Positions 37,256-45,585 of a stretch of 64,000 bases of DNA are shown one piece after another. A program made the translations under genes and the position numbers. The notes beneath the pieces were generated by a model. The model was given only the letters and a program-made list of their open reading frames with translations. It did not search any database and was not told where the DNA came from. Origin of the DNA: Hippea sp. KM1 (lineage in GTDB: Bacteria; Campylobacterota_A; Desulfurellia; Desulfurellales; Hippeaceae); the NCBI RefSeq assembly GCF_000526195.1, contig NZ_JAFP01000001.1, positions 1,316,014 through 1,380,013 of the forward strand, written 5' to 3'. Each line of letters begins with the position of its first letter. The first letter of the stretch is position 1.

Positions 37256-38998
37256 ATGCCTACTATCTTTGATGCCTTAAACATCGGCGTTAGCGGTATA
37301 TTCGTCAATAAAGCAGCCATAAACACAACGGGAAACAATGTGGCCAATGTCAACACACCCGGCTATTCAAGGGAAAGGGTCGATATACTCCCGTCTATGC
37401 CTATGCTCTCATATGCAGGGGTCTTTGGCACGGGTGCAGAAATAAGCCAGATCATAAGCACAAGGGATGAGCTGATAGACAAAAGGGTTAGAACGGCCAA
37501 TCAAGAGATGAGCTATTACAACAAATTAAACTCATCCTTAGATGAGATACAAAGTGTATTTAACGAGGAAAACGGTGTTGGACTTAAAGGAGCGATGGAG
37601 CAGTTCTTCAACGCCTGGCACGCCTTAAGCCTAAATCCCGACTTAGAGACGGCAAGGCAGCAGGTAATAGAAAAGGGTCTCACCCTATCCAAGGCAATAA
37701 AGGATGCAAACGCCTCCCTCCATCAGATAGGCACAAACTTAGACAATCAGGTAAGCTCAACAATTACCGAGATAAACTCACTCTCCAAAAGGATAGCCCA
37801 GCTAAATTACGAGATCAAAAAAGCCGAATTGGGCGACAAGGATCACGCAAATACATTGAGGGATGAAAGGAGCGTTCTGCTTGAAAAACTATCAAGCATA
37901 GCGGATGTAACCATACTGGAAGGGGCATACGATGAAAACTCCAAGCCAGAGATGACAATCCTTCTGGGCGGTATGCCTATAGTGTCGGGTAAGGATTACA
38001 ACGAATTGACCGCAGAGAAACTCAATGGTTCTGAATATTACAGGGTGTATTTCGTTGAGCCTTCCGGGAGCAAGGTTGACATAACATCAAGGATAAAAAA
38101 CGGTTCATTGGGGGCAACACTAAACCTCAGGGACACCATAATACCTGAATACAAAGAAAAGCTCGACAACATTGCAAAAACACTGATACAGGAGGTCAAC
38201 AAAGTACACTCAAGCGGGGCAGGCCTAACACCGTATTCACAGGTTGAAGGCATCTATCAGGCCAATCCTAATGCTACATTGAGCCTCACATCGGCCACAG
38301 GCTTAGATATAGCAGTTAAGACTGGTTCGTTTAAGGTAAAAATCATCGATGAAAACGGCAACGATGTGGGCACTTTTACCGTGCCGGTCAATAGCGATGA
38401 CCACTTAATAGCAGAGGATGCATCTGATGAGCATTCACTAATAAACAGATTCAACAATATCCTGCAGGGGTATGCCCAAATGAGTGTATCCGGTGCAGGA
38501 AATGTTCAGATAACGGCGTTAAACGGATACAAATTCGCATTTACATACGATTCATCAAACTTCTTAGCGGCCGTTGGCATAAACACATTCTTTACAGGCC
38601 ACGACTCAGGAGATATAGACATAAACAGGACATTGAGAAACGATCCAAGCAAGATCGCTGCAGGCAAAACGCTCAATCCAGGCGATAGTTCAAACGCAGA
38701 GGCCATAGCCCAGATTCAGTTAAACAAGGTAATGGTCAATAATACCCAGACGATAGATGAGTATTACAATGCATTCTTAGGAACAATAGGTTCAACAAAA
38801 CAGCGGTTTGACGAGGTCTATAAGGCAAAGCAGGCCGTATACCAGCAGCTAAAGACCACACAGCAATCATTAGAGGGTGTATCGTTGGATGAGGAGGCTG
38901 CAAACCTAATAAAGTTCCAAAGGGCGTATCAGGCAAACGCCAAGTTTATATCGGTGGTTGATGAGATGACACAAACCCTTATAAACATGGTGAGGTAA
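37256..38998 (+). CDS. flgK: Flagellar hook-associated protein 1 FlgK
   Basis: N-terminus MPTIFDALNIGVSGIFVNKAAINTTGNNVANVNTPGYSRE and the C-terminal FlgK helical region. Confidence 0.9.
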   Translation: MPTIFDALNIGVSGIFVNKAAINTTGNNVANVNTPGYSRERVDILPSMPMLSYAGVFGTGAEISQIISTRDELIDKRVRTANQEMSYYNKLNSSLDEIQSVFNEENGVGLKGAMEQFFNAWHALSLNPDLETARQQVIEKGLTLSKAIKDANASLHQIGTNLDNQVSSTITEINSLSKRIAQLNYEIKKAELGDKDHANTLRDERSVLLEKLSSIADVTILEGAYDENSKPEMTILLGGMPIVSGKDYNELTAEKLNGSEYYRVYFVEPSGSKVDITSRIKNGSLGATLNLRDTIIPEYKEKLDNIAKTLIQEVNKVHSSGAGLTPYSQVEGIYQANPNATLSLTSATGLDIAVKTGSFKVKIIDENGNDVGTFTVPVNSDDHLIAEDASDEHSLINRFNNILQGYAQMSVSGAGNVQITALNGYKFAFTYDSSNFLAAVGINTFFTGHDSGDIDINRTLRNDPSKIAAGKTLNPGDSSNAEAIAQIQLNKVMVNNTQTIDEYYNAFLGTIGSTKQRFDEVYKAKQAVYQQLKTTQQSLEGVSLDEEAANLIKFQRAYQANAKFISVVDEMTQTLINMVR

Positions 38999-39001
38999 AA
39001 G

Positions 39002-41698
39002 ATGAGAATCACCGATAATATCCTGTTTAACAACTTTCTATACAACATAAACAAGATAAACGAAAAAACCTATATAAACAACGAGAAGATGGCAAGCGGC
39101 AAAAGGCTGCTGGATCTGGCAAGCGACCCAATAGCTCTATCAAAGGTGCTATCCCTGAAAGACATAAACATGAGGTTTGACCAATACATCACAAACATAA
39201 ACTCGGCAAATGCGTATTTAGATGCCGAGGATACTGCCCTATCCAACGCAGACGACCTTTTACATAAAGCCGGCACGCTTCTGGTGGATGGAGCAAACAG
39301 CCTAAACAACGATTTAGCAAGCAGAACGGCAATAGCCGAAAACTTGGACTCCATAAAAGACGAGCTAATAGATTCGGCAAATACGGTATTTCAGGGCAAA
39401 TACCTGTTTTCAGGCACAAAAACAGACACAAAGCCCATACAGACCATACAAAATGAGGCAACAACAATAAGCATAACCAAAGGCTCAAACATAAAAGACA
39501 TAAAGATAGCCGCAACGGAGAACTTCTCAGACATAAACCAATTAGAAAGCGGAAATTACCAAATCAAGATAGAGGATGGCAAGCTGAAGCTTTACAAGGG
39601 TGATGCAACAACTGAAAGCAATATAGTATCTATAGACAGTGATTCTCAAGACCAATCCGACACAGGGGGCAATATACTGTCCAGCTATATAGACCTAACA
39701 GACCCAACAATAGAGGAAAAAATCCAGGATGGGCAATGGATAGATACAGGCAGAGGTTTGAAGGTAAAAATAGAGCTTCAAAACCCAACAGCCGACCTAA
39801 CATCTATCTCTGCAAGCCTAAGCCTAAGCTATAAAAACGGCGGAAGGAACATATATCAGGGTGATGAGGGGCAAAGAAACATAGAATATTCGGATAAACT
39901 GACAAGTCCCATAAATATCACGGCCAAGGATATATACAAACCGACAAACCAAACCTTAGAGAACGATAATCAACTAATAGATTCAACAACACAGGACCCC
40001 ATGACGGCATCATCGAAGCTTGTCGATTTAGATCTGCCAGAGGAGTTGGCCGAGGCCATAAGACAGACATCTTCCGCATCGGGCTATAAGCTTCAGGATG
40101 GTGATGTAATAAACATAGAGGGCACAGACCATAGCGGCAATTTAGTAAAAGGCACATACACCGTTGCAAGCTCATCGGATATAGAGGGGCTTTTGAGTTT
40201 TATTCACGGGCTTGATTCCACGGAGGTGTTGAAATCCAACAGGGCATTTGCTCAATACGACGGAACACCTATAGACTCAGCCACACAGCTTTCAAGCATA
40301 AACGATGCCAATATACACAACGCCATAGGCTCAACGCTGGTTTTGAAGGGTTTTGACCATGATGGGAATTTAGTATCCACTACTATATCGCTAACACCTT
40401 CCACCACCATGGGCGATATTGCAAATGCCATAGAGAGCAATTTCGATGTGTCTGTATCCATAAACCACGGCAGGATAGAGATAGAGGACAACACCCCAGG
40501 CAGCAGCAATCTAAAACTGTACGCATACACGCAGACATCCAAAATACCCATCTTTGGGAGCTTCACAGAGACATCCAGGGGTGGAAGCGGGGGATTTAAG
40601 GATATAGAGGCAAGGGTCGAGAACGGCAGGATAGAGCTAATAGACAAAAGACCATCGGATAGCAAATTCAACCTATCGTTCAAGATAGAGGATTCCTCGG
40701 GTAATGAAAAACCCAATATATTCGGCGTATTCAATATAAAAACCTTGGGCAGGGGCGTGGATGTATTCAGGGCACTCGAGGATGCAAGTTATGCACTAAA
40801 GAATCCATATTCAAAAAACCAGATAGGAAAACCGTCCAACTGGCAGGACATATCCACATTCAAACCTGTTATCGGCGGGAAATATTTAGGCGATAAAAAC
40901 GATACATGGACTGTTAAGGTAGCGTATGTGGCGAACACATCGACAACCAACTATTCCGCCATCAAAGAAGAACAGGTTGAAGATATAGCAAACTCCCTCA
41001 ATGTAGGACAGACCAAAACCGTGGGTATGCTTCAGATAACAGACAGCGACGGCAAAACCATTGCAGTTGTGGGGTTAAACATAAAAAGGGAGAGCAGCGG
41101 TTTTTCGTATTCCATACAGACGAAGGTGCCCAAAGATCCAGATAAACAGTTGGACTTCTCAAGGATTGAAAGCTTAGATCAGATAAACGGAACCACGATC
41201 TTTTCAAGGACATCCACAGGTTTTTCAACAGCAAGCGATGTGTCAGATGCCTTATTGAGCAACTTAGACGACATAGTTATTCAAACAAAGGATGCAAAGA
41301 TGGGCAGTGAGTTCAACGGTGAGATAAATGGTTATCCCGGCGTTAGGCTAAACCTAATAAAACCCGATGTCAGTGGGGCTCCATCGATCCTGCAGAAGGG
41401 CGATAGCTTTTCATTCAAGCTAACAAACACCGTTGAGAAGGCATTGGGCAAGGTCAAAAGTTCCCTGGATCAGGTCCTTGCAGCAAGATCCATAGTGGGT
41501 GCAAGGGTCAATCGCTTTCAGCTGGCACACGAAAGGATATCCTACATAAAGCTATCCAATACAAAAACCATATCCGAGCTTGAGGATGCCAACATAGCCG
41601 ATGTATTTTCGGAATTCAAGCGCAATCAGATAGTAATGCAGGCAACGCTGCAGGTCGGTTCAAAGCTCACATCACAAAGCCTGTTTGATTATCTATGA
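39002..41698 (+). CDS. flgL: Flagellar hook-associated protein 3 FlgL, unusually large (898 aa) with a ~650-aa central insertion
   Basis: Flagellin-like N-terminus NNEKMASGKRLLDLASDPIALSKVLSL and C-terminus ARVNRFQLAHERISYIKLSNTKTISELEDANIADVFSEFKRNQIVMQATLQ. The middle region is rich in T, S, N, D and G. Confidence 0.8.
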   Translation: MRITDNILFNNFLYNINKINEKTYINNEKMASGKRLLDLASDPIALSKVLSLKDINMRFDQYITNINSANAYLDAEDTALSNADDLLHKAGTLLVDGANSLNNDLASRTAIAENLDSIKDELIDSANTVFQGKYLFSGTKTDTKPIQTIQNEATTISITKGSNIKDIKIAATENFSDINQLESGNYQIKIEDGKLKLYKGDATTESNIVSIDSDSQDQSDTGGNILSSYIDLTDPTIEEKIQDGQWIDTGRGLKVKIELQNPTADLTSISASLSLSYKNGGRNIYQGDEGQRNIEYSDKLTSPINITAKDIYKPTNQTLENDNQLIDSTTQDPMTASSKLVDLDLPEELAEAIRQTSSASGYKLQDGDVINIEGTDHSGNLVKGTYTVASSSDIEGLLSFIHGLDSTEVLKSNRAFAQYDGTPIDSATQLSSINDANIHNAIGSTLVLKGFDHDGNLVSTTISLTPSTTMGDIANAIESNFDVSVSINHGRIEIEDNTPGSSNLKLYAYTQTSKIPIFGSFTETSRGGSGGFKDIEARVENGRIELIDKRPSDSKFNLSFKIEDSSGNEKPNIFGVFNIKTLGRGVDVFRALEDASYALKNPYSKNQIGKPSNWQDISTFKPVIGGKYLGDKNDTWTVKVAYVANTSTTNYSAIKEEQVEDIANSLNVGQTKTVGMLQITDSDGKTIAVVGLNIKRESSGFSYSIQTKVPKDPDKQLDFSRIESLDQINGTTIFSRTSTGFSTASDVSDALLSNLDDIVIQTKDAKMGSEFNGEINGYPGVRLNLIKPDVSGAPSILQKGDSFSFKLTNTVEKALGKVKSSLDQVLAARSIVGARVNRFQLAHERISYIKLSNTKTISELEDANIADVFSEFKRNQIVMQATLQVGSKLTSQSLFDYL

Positions 41699-41750
41699 GC
41701 CCCAATCACAAAAACTTGACTATTAACAAAAATAACAATAAAAACTAAGC

Positions 41751-42845
41751 ATGAACCAGTGGAGCAAATTCAACGAGTTCTTAAACAAAACATTCATGAA
41801 CATAGAAATAAAAAACCTCCTGGCTGCACTCATTGTTCTGTTTGTGTTGCTTTTAACCAAAAAAATTGCAGCAAGGATCGTATTCTCAAGCCTAAAGCGA
41901 CTAACCAAAAAAACAAAATCACAGATAGACGACGATATAATAGAGATCATAGAACCGCCGGTATTAGCCTTTTTGAATGTCTTTTGCTTCTATGTGGCCT
42001 TTTTGATTCTAAATTTGGAGACCGCATACAACATAGTGGCCACAAAGATACTCATATCGTTTGGCATATCCTTTGCTGCATGGGCGCTATATAGAGCAGA
42101 AAACATACTCTCAAAAAGCATGGAGGCGTTTTTTAAAAGAAAGAATTACGAGATAGGTCTAAGCTTTGTTCCGTTTTTCAACAAGTTTATCAAAGCCTCC
42201 GTTATAGCCGTTGCCTTCATATTAATCGTTCAGGAGTGGGGGTATAACATCGGTGCAATCATCACGGGCTTGGGTATAGGAGGCTTGGCTGTGGCCCTGG
42301 CTGCAAAAGACACACTGGCCAATATGTTCGGTGGCTTGACGATTATCTTGGACAGACCATTCAAGATAGGCGATTGGGTGAAAATAGGGGATGTGGAGGG
42401 CATTATAGAGGATATAGGCTTTAGGAGCACACGCATAAGAACATTTGAGAAATCCTTGATCTCCCTTCCAAACTCCGTCATAGCCAACACGGCAATAGAG
42501 AACTTCTCAAGGAGGAACATCAGGCGCATAACATACAAGATAGGCATAACATACTCCACACCCAAGGATAAGGTAAAAGAGGCTGTAAACCGTATCAGGG
42601 AGATGCTTAAAAACCACCCTCACATATCCAAGGATGCAACGCTATTGGTCTATTTTACAGAATTTGCAGACAGCTCATTAAACATCTTTATTTACTGCTT
42701 CACAGATACAGCCATATGGGGCGACTATTTGGCAATTAGAGAGGATGTAAATCTAAGAATCATGGAGATAATGGAAGAGTTAGGCATAGAGTTTGCCTTC
42801 CCATCCATGTCTGTTTACATAGAAAAGAATGTCAATCCAGAATAA
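41751..42845 (+). CDS. mscS: MscS-family small-conductance mechanosensitive channel
   Basis: Three N-terminal TM helices, then an MscS beta-domain (NMFGGLTIILDRPFKIGDWVKIGDVEGIIEDIGFRSTRIRTFE). Confidence 0.8.
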   Translation: MNQWSKFNEFLNKTFMNIEIKNLLAALIVLFVLLLTKKIAARIVFSSLKRLTKKTKSQIDDDIIEIIEPPVLAFLNVFCFYVAFLILNLETAYNIVATKILISFGISFAAWALYRAENILSKSMEAFFKRKNYEIGLSFVPFFNKFIKASVIAVAFILIVQEWGYNIGAIITGLGIGGLAVALAAKDTLANMFGGLTIILDRPFKIGDWVKIGDVEGIIEDIGFRSTRIRTFEKSLISLPNSVIANTAIENFSRRNIRRITYKIGITYSTPKDKVKEAVNRIREMLKNHPHISKDATLLVYFTEFADSSLNIFIYCFTDTAIWGDYLAIREDVNLRIMEIMEELGIEFAFPSMSVYIEKNVNPE

Positions 42846-43263
42846 CCTAAAAAACGGTATAAAAAACGGACTTTCCGTATCACTAAAGCTCATAAAGGTG
42901 ATAATCCCGTTTTATATAGCAACAGACATACTAAGCCACACGCAAGCGGCAAACATAATAGGTAAGGCCTTAGCGCCACTCATGGAACCTCTGGGTTTAA
43001 CGGGCAAGATGGCCGTGGCCATAATCAGCGGCTATCTTGTTAACCTCTATGCCGCTATAGCAGCCCTTGTCCCTTTGCATCCAACATGGCAGCAAATTAC
43101 TATAGTTGGTCTTATGACAGGGATTGCCCATAACCTCATCATAGAGGGGGCCGTCTTGCACAAAACCGGAACAAACGCAGCTTTTACCATAACCCTGAGA
43201 ATTATAGTATCGATTGTGGCCGGTTTGGGTCTAAACGCCTTTTTTAGGTTTGTATATGGTTGA
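42829..43263 (+). CDS. Nucleoside-recognition (Gate) domain membrane protein, first of a tandem pair (SpmA-like)
   Basis: Polytopic small membrane protein with the GxL..P Gate-like pattern (LAPLMEPLGLTGKMAVAIISGY). Confidence 0.45.
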   Translation: MSIQNNLKNGIKNGLSVSLKLIKVIIPFYIATDILSHTQAANIIGKALAPLMEPLGLTGKMAVAIISGYLVNLYAAIAALVPLHPTWQQITIVGLMTGIAHNLIIEGAVLHKTGTNAAFTITLRIIVSIVAGLGLNAFFRFVYG

Positions 43264-43702
43264 TATTGTAAGCCATGCCGTTATCGGCAGCCTTAAGTTA
43301 TCCGTAAAGCTTATACTCATCATTGTTCCGCTTATGATTGCCTATGAATTCTTAGAAAACAGCAGGGTATTCAACAGGATCCTCGATGCTCTATACATCC
43401 TGCTAAAACCGCTGGGTTTCTCCAAGCAGGCGAGCATATCGATGCTAACCGGCATCTTTTTAGGTATTACATACGGCTCCGGCATACTGCTTGCCCAGAG
43501 CGATAAGGGAAAGCTGACAAAGATAGACATACTCCTGAGTGCGGTCTATCTGTCTATGTGCCATGCCGTTATAGAGGATACGCTGGTTTTTGTCGTAATA
43601 GGCGGAAACGGATTCTACATAATCATAACAAGACTCATCATAGCAACGGCCCTGACATACATGTTCTATCTATACTTTAAGGATAAGCTAAACAAAGCCT
43701 AA
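43250..43702 (+). CDS. Nucleoside-recognition (Gate) domain membrane protein, second of the tandem pair (SpmB-like)
   Basis: LKPLGFSKQASISMLTGIFLGITYG pattern. It overlaps the previous gene by 14 nt. Confidence 0.45.
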   Translation: MYMVDIVSHAVIGSLKLSVKLILIIVPLMIAYEFLENSRVFNRILDALYILLKPLGFSKQASISMLTGIFLGITYGSGILLAQSDKGKLTKIDILLSAVYLSMCHAVIEDTLVFVVIGGNGFYIIITRLIIATALTYMFYLYFKDKLNKA

Positions 43703-43996
43703 GCGCTTTCTGTCTTCTTCGCTTAACTTATCAGGGCTCCACTTCTTATCAGATATAACCACCTCTGCATTGCCTATGCCTTCAATCTCTTCCAGCTTAC
43801 CCTTTACGATTTTTACCATCTTAAACCTTGCAGGGCAGTTGGGTGTTGTTAAAATCAAAGAGACCTTAACACTGTTGTCCTCTATTTGTATATCGTCGAT
43901 CATACCCATCCTTACAATATCGATTATCGGGGCGCACGGCTCGTATATCTCTTTCAGCTTATCAAGAACAATCTGCTTTGTTATCATCTGCACCAA
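43688..43996 (-). CDS. DUF59/MIP18-family Fe-S cluster assembly protein (SufT-like)
   Basis: VLDKLKEIYEPCAPIIDIVRMGMI...TTPNCPARFKM matches the MIP18/DUF59 conserved Cys pattern. Confidence 0.6.
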   Translation of the reverse strand: MVQMITKQIVLDKLKEIYEPCAPIIDIVRMGMIDDIQIEDNSVKVSLILTTPNCPARFKMVKIVKGKLEEIEGIGNAEVVISDKKWSPDKLSEEDRKRLGFV

Positions 43997-44427
43997 TCCT
44001 TTGCTATCTTTAGGGCTATCTCAAAGATAGGCCTTTTCTTCAACATATACCGTGCAAGCCTGTTGTCCTCATCATAGGCATAGGCAATCTCGGCATAATC
44101 CTTATATCTTAAATGTCTTCTGAAACGAACAAGCGACATAAGGGAGTAAACCTGCGCATAGGCCTTATTGGAAAGGTTGGCGTTTTCAAGGGATTTCAAT
44201 CTAACCTCAGCCCTACTTAACCTATTGGCCGATATATCAGAAACAGCAAGGCATATCCCTTTGTTTTTTGGCTTTCTGCTTGGTTTATTTATTGTCTTCG
44301 GTTTGCTTAAGGTCTTACTATTGTGGGTGTTGTAAACAGCAGAAGGGGCAGGATACTTGACATTCTGCCCCTCGCATCCTGCAATCAAAAAGATCAAAAG
44401 AACTATTATTAGCTTATGCAAGCGCAT
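43984..44427 (-). CDS. Hypothetical lipoprotein
   Basis: Lipobox LIAGC after a signal peptide. The remaining sequence is lysine-rich and basic. Confidence 0.4.
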   Translation of the reverse strand: MRLHKLIIVLLIFLIAGCEGQNVKYPAPSAVYNTHNSKTLSKPKTINKPSRKPKNKGICLAVSDISANRLSRAEVRLKSLENANLSNKAYAQVYSLMSLVRFRRHLRYKDYAEIAYAYDEDNRLARYMLKKRPIFEIALKIAKDWCR

Positions 44428-44971
44428 CCTTGAAAATCTTATACATGTTATCCAATGCTGTCTTTATCCAATCGTTGGCATCGTCTATGTATTGAGAGAG
44501 CAACTCCCTCTCCTTGTTCTCATCCTTACCATACAGGGCATAGTAAGCAGCACCGCCAACGGCAGATACCAAAGCAGCAACTATGGGTCTGAACCTCTTG
44601 GTTAAAAGCTTGCTTGTTAGGGTCGTGGCAGCAAAGGCGCCCAAACCCACATAAACGGGTGTCAAGTTTTCCCTATCCTTTAATAGGTCCACCGGTGCAA
44701 CATAAAGGCCGTATTCGGTTAAGGCCTTTGCCCTTTCAAGCATGTTCTCCCATTTATCCTTATTGTTCTGAATAAACTCAGGCTTATTCTTCTCCACATA
44801 GCCCTTAAGCTCTGCAAACAACATGGAAAGCAAGGTTCTTCCGCTATTTGAAAGCTCATCCCTAACCCTATCCAGTGCGGCATTGATGTCAATAGCGGTT
44901 CTAACCTCCGCCTTCCTCTTTGCTATCTCATTGGCCAACTTCTCCTTGTAAACCTTAAGAATGTTCTCCAT
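44414..44971 (-). CDS. Hypothetical protein with a C-terminal hydrophobic region
   Basis: 185 aa. Codon usage is consistent with the surrounding genes and it is operon-embedded. I recognise no family. Confidence 0.35.
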   Translation of the reverse strand: MENILKVYKEKLANEIAKRKAEVRTAIDINAALDRVRDELSNSGRTLLSMLFAELKGYVEKNKPEFIQNNKDKWENMLERAKALTEYGLYVAPVDLLKDRENLTPVYVGLGAFAATTLTSKLLTKRFRPIVAALVSAVGGAAYYALYGKDENKERELLSQYIDDANDWIKTALDNMYKIFKDALA

Positions 44972-45582
44972 TACAAAACCTCCTCAATTTTTTTCTCAAC
45001 CACCCTGCCGTTAGGAGTCTCCTCCTCAAATATCTGACCGCTAAAGCGGTAAAAGGTGCAAGTCGAGTCCTCATAGCATGTATAGGGTAGACCCGCTTTA
45101 TGGCAAACATTGGCCAAAAACGCCACCTCATCCCAGCCCCACTCGACGGGCACCTGAGGCAGAAGAAGACCGCTTGCAGCCCCGCAAACCACATAGAGGC
45201 CGTCTCTGCCGACTTTTATCTGCTCCTCATACGGCCTTGAGGAATCAAGCTGAATCATGGGGGATAATACCGTGACCTCAACGACAACCTTATCCAGCTC
45301 CACCGTGTTTAACGGTTCAAATCTCGGATCGGCAAAAGCAGCACTCAAAGCGGATGAGATCACGCCCTTTATCAGCGGTTCATACGCAAGCGGATAACCT
45401 ATACACCCCCTCAACTGTCTATCCGGATAGTTGTTAAGCGTAACAAAGACGCCTCTTTTCTGATTGAAGATCTCAGGATACTCCTCAGGCAGTGGCATAA
45501 TCTCCTTATTTTTAAAGAAATACTCTATCGCCTCACGGGCAAGCCTTACCAAAAATTCGCCCTCTTTTAAGCTCAGATCCAT
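44971..45582 (-). CDS. AMMECR1-domain protein
   Basis: LRGCIGY motif plus GVFVTL and GLLLPQV, characteristic of AMMECR1. Confidence 0.8.
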   Translation of the reverse strand: MDLSLKEGEFLVRLAREAIEYFFKNKEIMPLPEEYPEIFNQKRGVFVTLNNYPDRQLRGCIGYPLAYEPLIKGVISSALSAAFADPRFEPLNTVELDKVVVEVTVLSPMIQLDSSRPYEEQIKVGRDGLYVVCGAASGLLLPQVPVEWGWDEVAFLANVCHKAGLPYTCYEDSTCTFYRFSGQIFEEETPNGRVVEKKIEEVL

Positions 45583-45585
45583 AGC

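Noticed and set aside
40252-40734. 160-aa minus-strand ORF inside flgL
   Set aside because: It is a shadow ORF, since the flgL frame is continuous from flagellin-like N-terminus to C-terminus.
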